Below are positions 38,940 through 52,900 of a stretch of DNA of 64,000 bases, piece after piece. The first letter of the stretch is position 1, and every line of letters starts with the position of its first letter. The stretch is taken from positions 149,482,001 through 149,546,000 of the forward strand of contig OZ024741.1 of NCBI GenBank assembly GCA_964016885.1. The letters run 5' to 3'. Position numbers and translations under genes: made by a program. The notes beneath the pieces are model-generated. The model was given only the letters and a program-made list of their open reading frames with translations, was not told where the DNA came from and searched no databases. This DNA is from Eledone cirrhosa. Lineage: Eukaryota.

Positions 38940-40990
38940 TCATCATCATCATCATCACCGTTTTACGTCCGTTCTTCCACGCTAGCATGGGTTAGACGGG
39001 TTGTCCTGTTGTGGGCAGTGTCTGGTCGGCTGACCATGCCTTGCTCATACAGGAAGTGATCTGGCTTGATTTCTACAGCTGGATGCCCTTCCTAACACCA
39101 ACCTCATTTACAGTGAGTGCTGGGTGCTTTTTCGTGGCGCCTACACGTCCACTTTACAGTGTGGGCTGGGTGCTTTTTTGCCGTGGCACCTCCACGACCA
39201 CCTTGCGGTGGGGGGAGTGGGGGCATATTGTTTATATGCTTCAGCATGTACCCATGGGAGGTCGGGTACCCTGTATTACTGCGTGACGCCAGAAGTCACG
39301 GTCGTGTGTCATTGTCTTTGAGAGGTGTAGTTGGGTAAGGTCGGCTTTTATCACCTCATCCCAAGTCATCTTGGGTCTCCCCACTCCGCTGTTTCCATCA
39401 ACTTCTAGTGCTCTGCACCTTTTTATGCAGCTGTCATCCTTCATACGCATCACATGTCCATACCAGCGTAACCGCCTCTCCTGCACGCAGCATTTGATTC
39501 CTCTTATGCTCAGTCTCTCTCTCAATTCCTTTATGCTTTGTCGTTCACGTATATTACTGTTACACATCCATCGGAGCATGCAGGCTTCGTTTCTCTCTAA
39601 TCTACGTAAGTCTTCCACCTTCATCGCCCAGGTCTCACTACCATGCAACATCGCTGTTCGGATACACGCATCATACAGTCTGCCTTTCATTCTGAGGGAG
39701 AAGCCTTTTGCAGCTAGCAGTGGTAGTAGTTCCCTAAACTTCTTCCATCCCGTTCTTACCCTAGTTATTGTACTTTCTGAGCACCCACCTCCGTTGCTAA
39801 TTCGGTCACCTAGGTAGCAGAAGCTGTCTACTGTTTCTACAGGGCCCTCCCAGAGATTGGTGGTACTTGTTTCCTGTGGCTGTTTGCTTGCTGTTTCAGC
39901 ACAGCTGCTGCATGGGAATCCTACATTCTTAATTAAGCTTCCTGAGATCCCGCTACATCTCTTGTGTACCCATTGTTTGCATTTGGGGCAGAGAATGGAG
40001 TTCCTACCTACACCTTTCCTACATACTGAGCAAGGCCATTTCCCTGAGGGGATCTGGGTTCTGTTTTCTCGTCTACTTACAAGGACCTTAGTCTTTGTCA
40101 TGTTGACTTTGAGGCCCTTTCTCTCTAGTCCCTGCTTCCAGGTTTGGAATTTATTCTCTAGTTCTACCATAGATTCAGCTATGAGTGCGAGGTCATCAGC
40201 ATACAGGAGTTCCCATGGGCATCCGGTCTTAAACTCCTCCGTTATTGCCTGCAGGACTATGATGAACAGGAGAGGGCTAAGAACAGAGCCCTGGTGGACC
40301 CCAACCTGTACGCTAAATTCCTCGCTATACTCATTGCTAATCCTAACTTTGCTGACTGCTCCCCTATACATGGCTTGTACCGCTTTCACAAGCCATTCAT
40401 CTACTCCTAGTTTTCTAAGAGCCCACCAGATTACTGCACGTGGAACTCTGTCAAAGGCTTTCTCAAGGTCGACAAATGCCAAGTAGAGTGGCTTACTTTT
40501 AGCTAGGTACTTTTCCTGTAATTGCCTCACAAGGAAGAGGGCATCAGTGGTGCCTCTCCCTGGTACAAACCCAAATTGCATCTCGTCTATATTCACCCGG
40601 TCCTTAATCAGCTGTGCTATAACTCTTTCTGTTACTTTCATGACCTGGTCCATCAACTTTATACCTCTATAGTTTCCTCTATCTAGTGCATCGCCTTTAC
40701 CTTTGTAGCAGTTGACAATGATGCTACTGCACCAATCTTTTGGTATGGCCCCTTCTAGTATTACCTGGTTAACGATACGTGTGGTTATAGTGTGACCTAC
40801 AGACCCAGATGCCTTCAGCATCTCGGCAGCTATACCCGATGGACCGGTTGCCTTCCCCATCTTCATATCTCTGATTGCCTTACTTACTACGCTGCCGCTG
40901 ACTTGTACTGCTGGTCCCTCTATAGGGTCTACCTGGGGTAGGGTCTCTTCTTCCCATGCATTCTCCTCATTTAGTAATCTATCATAATGT
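38940..40990 (-). mobile_element. Young 5'-truncated RTE LINE
   Basis: Open RT frame to the stop at 39241, 3' UTR, (GAT)n tail; no APE domain. Confidence 0.95.
39241..40866 (-). CDS. RTE reverse transcriptase (partial ORF, frame open upstream to about 40990) with an internal PHD-type finger
   Basis: KATGPSG, NYRGI, QFGF, FVDLEKAFD, GVHQGSVLSP, YADD, FCYLG, RRLRWYGHV; no stops. Confidence 0.92.
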   Translation of the reverse strand: MKMGKATGPSGIAAEMLKASGSVGHTITTRIVNQVILEGAIPKDWCSSIIVNCYKGKGDALDRGNYRGIKLMDQVMKVTERVIAQLIKDRVNIDEMQFGFVPGRGTTDALFLVRQLQEKYLAKSKPLYLAFVDLEKAFDRVPRAVIWWALRKLGVDEWLVKAVQAMYRGAVSKVRISNEYSEEFSVQVGVHQGSVLSPLLFIIVLQAITEEFKTGCPWELLYADDLALIAESMVELENKFQTWKQGLERKGLKVNMTKTKVLVSRRENRTQIPSGKWPCSVCRKGVGRNSILCPKCKQWVHKRCSGISGSLIKNVGFPCSSCAETASKQPQETSTTNLWEGPVETVDSFCYLGDRISNGGGCSESTITRVRTGWKKFRELLPLLAAKGFSLRMKGRLYDACIRTAMLHGSETWAMKVEDLRRLERNEACMLRWMCNSNIRERQSIKELRERLSIRGIKCCVQERRLRWYGHVMRMKDDSCIKRCRALEVDGNSGVGRPKMTWDEVIKADLTQLHLSKTMTHDRDFWRHAVIQGTRPPMGTC

Positions 40991-41589
40991 GTATGTTGAA
41001 AAGTAGAGTTAACAAACAGTTTTAGCCATGATATTCATTATCAGTGACCTAAAATTAGTTGGAAATTGCTACTCTGGTCTTAGAAGTATTTTGGTTGTTG
41101 ACCAGTGTAATCAGATAATAATTATTGTTTGTTTATCAGGTGTGGTTGTGGTTGAGTGAGTACAACAGAAATGGTACATAGGTTGGGGAGAAGGTAGGAA
41201 AAAAATAGAGAAAGAGAGAAATACTAAATGCCTGTAAATTATAGCACAAGGCACTGTGTTTGATGTTCTATTAATTCTACAAGTCCTATATATTGAGGGA
41301 TAATAATTGTTTCAAATTTAGAAACCAGGCCAGCAATTGGAAGAGAAGGGAAAGTCGACTATGTCAACCCCAATACTTTAAAACTGGTCTTGGCAGGATT
41401 TGAACTAAATACCAATTCTACCAATCTTATAAATAGAAGGATAATAATAAATGACAATAACAGTATTACTCTTCATGAAAAAATGACCAAATTACTAATG
41501 TCAAGAAGACTGATGATGGGCCTGCAACCTGTCCTGTGAGGCATGGGATGGACACACAAAGGTTGCATATATTGAGACTCCAAAGAGGA

Positions 41590-43450
41590 TCAAGAAGGGA
41601 GCAAACATTAACTGGCAACTGGAATGTTACAACCCTCACAAGTAAGGAGCAGGAACTTGTAGAGGTGAAATGTTACTGGCTAATTATAGTTGGGGCTGCC
41701 TCGATGAAGTTCCATATCTCTGGCACTGTAGATTTGTATGGAGGATGGTAACTCCACCATTCAGGTGTGGTGCCAGAAAGGACAACAGAGAGAGGCAGGA
41801 GTGGGGATACTCACAATTTCCAGGCTGTTAGAATGTATTATGGAATGGGTCTATTGGGAGGCTTAAAAAAAGGCCTCTGTGGATAGTGCAAGTTTATGCA
41901 TCAAACAGAAGTCCGAATACAGATCCTTTCTTGATGAAGGCACTGCAGTGTTAGATGAAGTAAATATTGGGTCATATATCCTACTGGGAGAATTTAATGC
42001 ACATGATGGCACTAATCATCTGACGTGGAAAAGAATGACTGGAAGGAACAGCAACCTCCATCTAAATGTAGAGAGACTTCTGTTTTAGTAATGGGCTCTC
42101 TATTATGAACACCTTTTCCCAGCACAAAAACATTCATAAATATACATCCATAAAGACATCCATAAATATACATGGTATAAAGGAAATTGGGGACAGAAGT
42201 CAATAATTGATTTTATTGTCTCTGATCTCTTTAATTCTGTGCTGGGTGTTCGTGTTAAGAAAGAGGCTGAGCCATCAACTGATCACCATCTAGTTAACTG
42301 CAACCTGAGACTATGTAAAATCAAGAAAATCCACAAAACTAGCAGGTTCAGCTTGTTTACAGAATAAAATGGGAAGTACTGGCTGATGAGGAGGTTAGAA
42401 CCAAGTATGCATCCAAATTCAGAGAACTCCCTGAACAAATTGAGAACATAGAAATGGAGTGGAGATTATTTGGCTCAGCAGTTTCAGCTTCAGCTGTTAT
42501 ATAGTGTTGGCAAAAGTGGCTCCATGTGGTATCAGGAGGTAGGAGAACATCCTGGTTCAATCAGGGGGTTAAACATGCCATCTGAACAAAGAAAGAAGCT
42601 TACAAAACTGGGACTGAAAATGCATCCAAGGTTAAGACATGGGAGGACTTTGGGGTTAAGCTGGAATCCAACTTTAGATCAGCAGAGAAAATATTTTGGC
42701 AGACCATCTACCAACTTCATAATAAGAAGTCTCTCTCCTCTCCTGCTATCAGGAATTTGTCTGGAGTTCTTCTCTCTAAAAAGGGGGGTGCATCCTTGTG
42801 AGGTGGAGAGAATAGTTTGCTAATCTCCTAAATCTGATCTCAACATCTTCTGACGCTTAAATGTGGCAAGGCCTCTAGGGAAGGTGAAATTCAGCCAAAG
42901 AAGTTAAAAGCCTTAAATAGAGAAAGTATGCTCTGGGTGACCTAGATCTCAGGAAAGACACCAAAGCAATGGCAATCAGGAGTGATAATCACAATTTTCA
43001 TAAAAAAGGACAAAAGAGATTGCTCTAATTATAGAGGAATCGCCTTGTTAAACCTCCCTGGTAAAGTCAATGCTATGTGTCTGGCAAAGAAATGTAGGGA
43101 TATTGTCGAGTCCAAACAATGTGGTTTTCATCCCAGACATAGCACAACTAACCAAATATTCTCTCCACCGTAGGTCTTTGAGAAATTGTGGGAGTATTGC
43201 CAAGAGGTATATGCTTGTTTCATAGAAAAAAGCATATGACCACATCCCATGTGATTTATGGAAAGTTCTGCAGAAGTATGGGATTGACAGACAACTTCTC
43301 GCTTTGAAGTTCCTGTATGAATGCCCTAGTATTTGTATTCAGATAAATTGTGCTAAGTCAGAACCATCCAATGTGGATGCTGGACTCCACCAAGCGTGTG
43401 TATTGTCAATTCTCCTGTTCCTAATTTCTATGAACAGGATAGACATGCAC
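41590..43450 (+). mobile_element. Old degenerate RTE/Expander-like LINE (APE + RT)
   Basis: GNWNVTTL, LLGEFNAH, STDHHLV, DCSNYRGIALLNLPGKV, QCGF; many stops. Confidence 0.82.
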
Positions 43451-43573
43451 AGGCCTCACATTTTGAAGTGAGAGGTATAGTTGGTTATATTGATTTCAGT
43501 ACATAACTAGTACTTTATTTTATCAGCCTATGATAATAATGGTTTCTGATTTAGCCACAAGACCAGCAATTTT

Positions 43574-43605
<32 letters not shown>

Positions 43606-43827
43606 TATTAAATCAACCCCAGCACTTGACTGGTACTTTATTTTATCGACCTCGAAAGGATGAAAGGCAAAGTCGACCTCATCTGAATCTGAACTCAGAA
43701 CATAAAGAGCTGTAACAAATACTGCTAAGCATTTGTCTAATACTCTGGCAACTCAGCCAACCTACTATATTTGGTGTCTTACCTATAATAATGATGACCT
43801 ATAACAACAACAAACAATGTAACTTAC

Positions 43828-43896
43828 CTTGAATAAATAATCAAGTATTTCATTTCTTTGTTTTAAAGGGTAGTTTACAAGGAGTTTAGAAGTTGC
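43828..43896 (-). CDS. GALC: GALC exon (human exon 2 equivalent), 69 bp, ATSKLLVNYPLKQRNEILDYLFK
   Basis: tttcag acceptor, gtaagt donor; resembles human [23 protein letters not shown]. Confidence 0.95.
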
Positions 43897-43924
43897 CTGA
43901 AATATAACGATGAAACTGATAATT

Positions 43925-46900
43925 ATATTATAACAGAGGCGATGAGGAGTAAATAATAACTAAAGGGATGGGTAAATTATAACACAGGGGCAGACTAGAT
44001 TAAAACAGGGGGGGGGGGGGTTATAACAGGTGGAGAGAAGATTATAACAGAGAGGGAAGTAGTAGATAACAGGGGGAAGGGTAGATTATAACAGAGGAGG
44101 GAGGGTAGATTATAACAGAGAGGGGAGGGTATATTATAACAAAGAGGGGAGGAGTAGATTATAACGGATGGGGGGAGTAGTAGGTTATAACAGATGGAGA
44201 AGAAGTAGATTATAACAGATGGAGAAGGAGTAGATTATAACAGAGGGTGGAGGAGTAGATTATAACAGAAGGGGGAGGGTATATTATAACAGAGAGGGGA
44301 GGAGTAGATTATACCAGATGGGGGGGGGGGAGTAGTAGATTATAACAGATGGAGAAGGAGTAGATTATAACAGAGGGTGGAGTAGTAGATTATAACAGAG
44401 GGTGGAGGAATAGATTATAACAGATGGGGGGAGTAGTAGATTATAACAAAGGGGGAGGATATATTATAACAGAGAGGGGAGGAGTAGATTATAACAGATG
44501 GGGGGAGTAGTAGATTATAACAGATGGAGGAGTAGATTATAACAGAGGGTGGAGTAGTAGATTATAACAGAGGGTGGAGGAGTAGATTATAACAGAGGGT
44601 GGAGGAGTAGATTATAACAGATGGGGAGGAGTAGATTATAACAGATGGGGAGTAGTAGATTATAACAGATGGGGGGAGGAGGAGATTATAACAGATGGAG
44701 AGGAGTAGATTATAACAGATGGGGAGGAGTAGATTATAACAGAGGGTGGAGTAGTAGATTATAACAGATGGGGGGGAGGAGTAGATTATAACAGAGGGTG
44801 GAGGAGTAGATTATAACAGAGGGTGGAGGAGTAGATTATAACAGATGGGGAGGAGTAGATTATAACAGAGGGTGGAGTAGTAGACTATAACAGATGGGGG
44901 GAGTAGTAGATTATAACAGAGGGTGGAGTAGTAGATTATAACAGAGGGTGGAGGAGTAGATTATAACAGATGGGGAGGAGTAGATTATAACAGATGGGGG
45001 GAGGAGTAGATTATAACAGAGGGTGGAGGAGTAGATTATAACAGAGGGTGGAGGAGTAGATTATAACAGATGGGGAGGAGTAGATTATAACAGATGGGGG
45101 GAGGAGTAGATTATAACAGAGGGGGAGGAGTAGATTATAACAGATGGGGGGAGGAGTAGATTATAACAGAGGGTGGAGGAGTAGATTATAACAGAGGGTG
45201 GAGGAGTAGATTATAACAGATGGGGAGGAGTAGATTATAACAGAGGGTGGAGGAGTAGATTATAACAGCTGGGGGAGGAGTAGATTATAACAGATGGGGA
45301 GGAGTAGATTATAACAGAGGGTGGAGTAGTAGATTATAACAGAGAGGGAGTAGTAGATTATAACAGAGGGGGAGGAGTAGATTATAACAGAGGGTGGAGG
45401 AGTAGATTATAACAGAGGGTGGAGTAGTAGATTATAACAGAGGGGGAGGAGTAGATTATAACAGAGGGTGGAGTAGTAGATTATAACAGAGGGTGGAGTA
45501 GTAGATTATAACAGATGGGGGGAGGAGGAGATTATAACAGAGGGGGAGGAGTAGATTATAACAGAGGGTGGAGGAGTAGATTATAACAGATGGGGGGAGG
45601 AGTAGATTATAACAGAGGGTGGAGTAGTAGATTATAACAGAGGGTGGAGGAGTAGATTATAACAGATGGGTTGTAGTAGATTATAACAGATGGGGGGAGG
45701 AGGAGATTATAACAGAGGGGGAGGAGTAGATTATAACAGAGGGTGGAGGAGTAGATTATAACAGAGGGTGGAGGAGTAGATTATAACAGATCGGGGGAGG
45801 AGTAGATTATAACAGAGGGTGGAGTAGTAGATTATAACAGAGGGTGGAGGAGTAGATTATAACAGATGGGGGGAGGAGTAGATTATAACAGAGGGTGGAG
45901 TAGTAGATTATAACAGATGGGGGGAGGAGTAGATTATAACAGAGGGTGGAGTAGTAGATTATAACAGATGGGGGGAGGAGTAGATTATAACAGATGGGGA
46001 GGAGTAGATTATAACAGAGGGTGGAGTAGTAGATTATAACAGAGGGGGAGGAGTAGATTATAACAGAGGGTGGAGTAGTAGATTATAACAGAGGGTGGAG
46101 GAGTAGATTATAACAGATGGGGGGAGGAGTAGATTATAACAGAGGGTGGAGTAGTATATTATAACAGATGGGGGGAGGAGTAGATTATAACAGAGGGTGG
46201 AGTAGTAGATTATAACAGAGGGTGGAGTAGTAGATTATAACAGATGGGGGGGAGTAGATTATAACAGAGGGTGGAGTAGTAGATTATAACAGATGGGGGG
46301 AGTAGATTATAACAGAGGGTGGAGTAGTAGATTATAACAGATGGGGGGAGGTGTAGATTATAACAGATGGGGGGAGTACTAGATTATAACAGAGGGTGGA
46401 GGATTAGATTATAACAAATGGGGGGGAGGGTAGATTATAACAGAGGGTGGAGTAGTAGATTATAACAGAGGGTGGAGGAGTAGATTATAACAGATGGGGG
46501 GAGGAGTAGATTATAACAGATGGGGAGGAGTAGATTATAACAGATGGTGGATGAGTAGATTATAACAGATGGGGAGGAGTAGATTATAACAGATGGGGGA
46601 GGAGGAGATTATAACAGAGGGTGGAGTAGTAGATTATAACAGAGGGTGGAGGAGTAGATTATAACAGATGGGGGGAGGAGTAGATTATAACAGATGGGGA
46701 GGAGTAGATTATAACAGATGGTGGAGGAGTAGATTATAACAGATGGGGGGGAGTAGATTATAACAGATGGGGGAGGAGGAGATTATAACAGAGGGTGGAG
46801 TAGTAGATTATAACAGAGGGTGGAGGAGTAGATTATAACAGATGGGGGGAGGAGTAGATTATAACAGAGGGTGGAGGAGTAGATTATAACAGAGGGTGGA

Positions 46901-49900
46901 GTAGTAGATTATAACAGAGGGTGGAGGAGTAGATTATAAGAGATGGGGGGAGGAGTAGATTATAACAGAGGGTAGAGTAGTAGATTATAACAGATGGGGG
47001 GAGGAGTAGATTATAACAGTGGGTGGAGTAGTAGATTATAACAGATGGGAGGAGTAGATTATAACAGATGGGGAGTAGTAGATTATAACAGAGGGTGGAG
47101 GAGTAGATTATAACAGATGGGGAGTAGTAGATTATAACAGAGGGTGGAGTAGTAGATTATAACAGAGGGTGGAGGAGTAGATTATAACAGATGGGGAGGA
47201 GTAGATTATAACAGATGGGGAGGAGTAGATTATAACAGAGGGTGGAGGAGTAGATTATAACAGAGGGTGGAGGAGTAGATTATAACAGATGGGGGGAGGA
47301 GTAGATTATAACAGAGGGTGGAGGAGTAGATTATAACAGAGGGTGGAGGAGTAGATTATAACAGAGGGTGGAGGAGTAGATTATAACAGATGGGGAGGAG
47401 TAGGAGGAGTAGATTATAACAGAGGGTGGAGTAGTAGATTATAACAGATGGGGGGAGGAGTAGATTATAACAGAGGGTGGAGGAGTAGATTATAACAGAG
47501 GGTGGAGGAGTAGATTATAACAGATGGGGGCAGGAGTAGATTATAACAGAGGGTGGAGGAGTAGATTATAACAGAGGGTGGAGGACTAGATTATAACAGA
47601 GGGTGGAGGAGTAGATTATAACAGATGGGGAGGAGTAGATTATAACAGATGGGGAGGAGTAGATTATAACAGAGGGTGGAGTAGTAGATTATAACAGAGG
47701 GTGGAGGAGTAGATTATAACAGATGGGGGGAAGAGTAGATTATAACAGAGGGTGGAGGAGTAGATTATAACAGATGGGGGGAAGAGTAGATTATAACAGA
47801 GGGTGGAGGAGTAGATTATAACAGAGGGAGGAGGAGTAGATTATAACAGAGGGTGGAGGAGTAGATTATAACAGAGGGTGGAGGAGTAGATTATAACAGA
47901 TGGGGGGAGGAGTAGATTATAACAGAGGGTGGAGGAGTAGATTATAACAGAGGGTGGAGGAGTAGATTATAACAGAGGGTGGAGGAGTAGATTATAACAG
48001 ATGGGGAGGAGTAGATTATAACAGAGGGTGGAGTAGTAGATTATAACAGAGGGGGAGGAGTAGATTATAACAGAGGGTGGAGGAGTAGATTATAACAGAT
48101 GGGGGGAGGAGGAGATTATAACAGATGGGGAGGAGTAGATTATAACAGAGGGTGGAGTAGTAGATTATAACGGATGGGGGGAGGAGTAGATTATAACAGA
48201 GGGTGGAGGAGTAGATTATAACGGATGGGGGGAGGAGTAGATTATAACAGATGGGGAGGAGTAGATTATAACAGATGGGGAGGAGTAGATTATAACAGAG
48301 GGTGGAGTAGTAGATTATAACAGAGGGTGGAGGAGTAGATTATAACAGAGGGTGGAGTAGTAGATTATAACGGATGGGGGGAGGAGTAGATTATAACAGA
48401 GGGTGGAGGAGTAGATTATAACAGAGGGTGGAGGAGTAGATTATAACAGATGGGGAGGAGTAGATTATAACAGATGGGGAGGAGTAGATTATAACAGAGG
48501 GTGGAGTAGTAGATTATAACAGAGGGTGGAGGAGTAGATTATAACAGAGAGGGAGTAGTAGATTATAACAGAGGGGGAGGAGTAGATTATAACAGAGGGG
48601 GGGGGTAGATTATAACAGAAGGTGGAGTAGTAGATTATAACAGAGAGGGAGTAGTAGATTATAACAGAGGGTGGAGGAGTAGATTATAACAGAGGGTGGA
48701 GGAGTAGATTATAACAGCTGGGGGGAGGAGTAGATTATAACAGATGGGGGAGGAGTAGATTATAACAGATGTGGAAGAGTAGATTCTAACAGATGGGGGG
48801 AGTAGATTATAACAGAGGATGGAGGAGTAGATTATAACATATGGGGGGAGTAGTAGATTATAACAGAGGGTGGAGGAGTAGATTATAACAGATGGGGGGA
48901 GGAGTAGATTATTCAGAGGGTGGAGGAGTAGATTGTAACAGAGGGTGGAGTAGTAGATTATAACAGATGGGGGGAGTAGATTATAACAGATGGTGGGAGG
49001 AGTAGATTATAACAGAGGGTGGAGGAGTAGATTATTCAGAGGGTGGAGGTGTAGATTATAACAGCTGGGGGGAGGAGGAGATTATAACAGATGGGGAGGA
49101 GTAGATTATAACAGAGGGTGGAGGAGTAGATTATAACAGATGGGTGGAGTAGTAGATTATAACAGATGGGTGGAGTAGTAGATTATAACAGATGGGGAGG
49201 AGTAGACTATAACAGAGGGGGAGGAGTAGATTATAACAGATGGGAGGAGTAGATTATAACGGATGGTGGAGGAGTAGATTATAACAGAGGGTGGAGGAGT
49301 AGATTATAACAGAGGGTGGAAGAGTAGATTATAACAGAGGGTGGAGGAGTAGATTATAACAGATGGGGAGGAGTAGATTATAACAGATGGGGAGGAGTAG
49401 ATTATAACAGATGGGGGGAGTAGATTATAACAGAGGGTGGAGGAGTAGATTATAACATATGGGGGGAGTAGTAGATTATAACAGAGGGTGGAGGAGTAGA
49501 TTATAACAGATGGGGGGAGGAGTAGATTATTCAGAGGGTGGATGAGTAGATTATAACAGATGGAGAGGAGTAGATTATAACAGAGGGTGGAGGTGTAGAT
49601 TATAACAGCTGGGGGGAGGAGTAGATTATAACAGATGGGGAGGAGTAGATTATAACAGATGGTGGGAGGAGTAAATTATAACAGAGGGTGGAGGAGTAGA
49701 TTATTCAGAGGGTGGAGGTGTAGATTATAACAGCTGGGGGGAGGAGTAGATTATAACAGATGGGGAGGAGTAGATTATAACAGATGGTGGGAGGAGTAGA
49801 TTATAACAGAGGGTGGAGGAGTAGATTATTCAGAGGGTGGAGGTGTAGATTATAACAGCTGGGGGGAGGAGTAGATTATAACAGATGGGGAGGAGTAGAT

Positions 49901-52900
49901 TATAACAGATGGTGGAGGAGTAGATTATAACAGATGGGGAGGAGTAGATTATAACAGATGGTGGAGTAGTAGATTGTAACAGAGGGTGGAGTAGTAGATT
50001 ATAACAGAGGGTGGAGGAGTAGATTATAACAGATGGGGAGGAGTAGATTATAACAGATGGGGAGGAGTAGATTATAACAGAGGGTGGAGGAGTAGATTAT
50101 AACAGAGGGTGGAGGAGTAGATTATAACAGATGGGGGGAGGAGTAGATTATAACAGAGGGTGGAGGAGTAGATTATAACAGAGGGTGGAGGAGTAGATTA
50201 TAACAGAGGGTGGAGGAGTAGATTATAACAGATGGGGAGGAGTAGGAGGAGTAGATTATAACAGAGGGTGGAGTAGTAGATTATAACAGATGGGGGGAGG
50301 AGTAGATTATAACAGAGGGTGGAGGAGTAGATTATAACAGAGGGTGGAGGAGTAAATTATAACAGATGGGGAGGAGTAGATTATAACAGATGGGGAGGAG
50401 TAGATTATAACAGAGGGTGGAGTAGTAGATTATAACAGAGGGTGGAGGAGTAGATTATAACAGATGGGGAGGAGTAGATTATAACAGATGGGGAGGAGTA
50501 GATTATAACAGAGGGTGGAGGAGTTGATTATAACAGAGGGTGGAGGAGTAGATTATAACAGATGGGGGGAGGAGTAGATTATAACAGAGGGTGGAGGAGT
50601 AGATTATAACAGAGGGTGGAGGAGTAGATTATAACAGAGGGTGGAGGAGTAGATTATAACAGATGGGGGGAGGAGTAGATTATAACAGAGGGTGGAGGAG
50701 TAGATTATAACAGAGGGTGGAGGAGTAGATTATAACAGAGGGTGGAGGAGTAGATTATAACAGATGGGGAGGAGTAGATTATAACAGAGGGTGGAGTAGT
50801 AGATTATAACAGAGGGGGAGGAGTAGATTATAACAGAGGGTGGAGGAGTAAATTATAACAGATGGGGGGAGGAGGAGATTATAACAGATGGGGAGGAGTA
50901 GATTATAACAGATGGGGAGGAGTAGATTATAACAGAGGGTGGAGTAGTAGATTATAACAGATGGGGGGAGGAGTAGATTATAACAGAGGGTGGAGGAGTA
51001 GATTATAACAGAGGGTGGAGGAGTAGATTATAACAGATGGGGAGGAGTAGATTATAACAGATGGGGAGGAGTAGATTATAACAGAGGGGGAGGAGTAGAT
51101 TATAACAGAGGGTGGAGTAGTAGATTATAACAGATGGAGGAGGAGTAGATTATAACAGATGGGGAGGAGTAGATTATAACAGAGGGTGGAGTAGTAGATT
51201 ATAACAGATGGGGAGGAGTAGATTATAACAGAGAGGGAGTAGTAGATTATAACAGAGGGGGAGGAGTACATTATAACAGAGGGGGGGGGAGTAGATTATA
51301 ACAGAGGGTGGAGTAGTAGATTATAACAGAGAGGGAGTAGTAGATTATAACAGAGGGTGGAGGAGTAGATTATAACAGAGGGTGGAGGAGTAGATTATAA
51401 CAGCTGGGGGGAGGAGTAGATTATAACAGATGGGGGAGGAGTAGATTATAACAGATGGGGAGGAGTAGATTATAACAGATGGGGGGGAGTAGATTATAAC
51501 AGAGGGTGGAGGTATAGATTATAACAGCTGGGGGGAGGAGTAGATTATAACAGATGGGGAGGAGTAGATTATAACAGATGGTGGGAGGAGTAGATTATAA
51601 CAGAGGGTGGAGGAGTAGATTATTCAGAGGGTGGAGGTGTAGATTATAACAGCTGGGGGGAGGAGTAGATTATAACAGATGGGGAGGAGTAGATTATAAC
51701 AGATGGTGGGAGGAGTAGATTATAACAGAGGGTGGAGGAGTAGATTATTCAGAGGGTGGAGGTGTAGATTATAACAGCTGGGGGGAGGAGTAGATTATAA
51801 CAGATGGGGAGGAGTAGATTATAACAGATGGTGGAGGAGTAGATTATAACAGATGGGGAGGAGTAGATTATAACAGATGGTGGAGTAGTAGATTATAACA
51901 GAGGGTGGAGTAGTAGATTATAACAGAGGGTGGAGGAGTAGATTATAACAGATGGGGAGGAGTAGATTATAACAGATGGGGAGGAGTAGATTATAACAGA
52001 GGGTGGAGGAGTAGATTATAACAGAGGGTGGAGGAGTAGATTATAACAGATGGGGGGAGGAGTAGATTATAACAGAGGGTGGAGGAGTAGATTATAACAG
52101 AGGGTGGAGGAGTAGATTATAACAGAGGGTGGAGGAGTAGATTATAACAGATGGGGAGGAGTAGGAGGAGTAGATTATAACAGAGGGTGGAGTAGTAGAT
52201 TATAACAGATGGGGGAAGGAGTAGATTATAACAGAGGGTGGAGGAGTAGATTATAACAGAGGGTGGAGGAGTAAATTATAACAGATGGGGAGGAGTAGAT
52301 TATAACAGATGGGGAGGAGTAGATTATAACAGAGGGTGGAGTAGTAGATTATAACAGAGGGTGGAGGAGTAGATTATAACAGATGGGGAGGAGTAGATTA
52401 TAACAGATGGGGAGGAGTAGATTATAACAGAGGGTGGAGGAGTAGATTATAACAGAGGGTGGAGGAGTAGATTATAACAGATAGGGGGAGGAGTAGATTA
52501 TAAAAGAGAGTGGAGGAGTAGATTATAACAGAGGGTGGAGGAGTAGATTATAACAGAGGGTGGAGGAGTAGATTATAACAGATGGGGAGGAGTAGATTAT
52601 AACAGATGGGGAGGAGTAGATTATAACAGAGGGTGGAGTAGTAGATTATAACAGAGGGTGGAGGAGTAGATTATAACAGATGGGGGGAGGAGTAGATTAT
52701 AACAGATGGGGAGGAGTAGATTATAACAGAGGGTGGAGTAGTAGATTATAACAGAGGGTGGAGGAGTAGATTATAACAGAGGGTGGAGGAGTAGATTATA
52801 ACAGAGGGTGGAGGAGTAGATTATAACAGAGGGTGGAGGAGTAGATTATAACAGAGGGTGGAGGAGTAGATTATAACAGAGGGTGGAGGAGTAGATTATA

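Noticed and set aside
39371-40486. Plus-strand ORFs of 148 and 209 aa
   Set aside because: Antisense shadows of the RTE RT frame.
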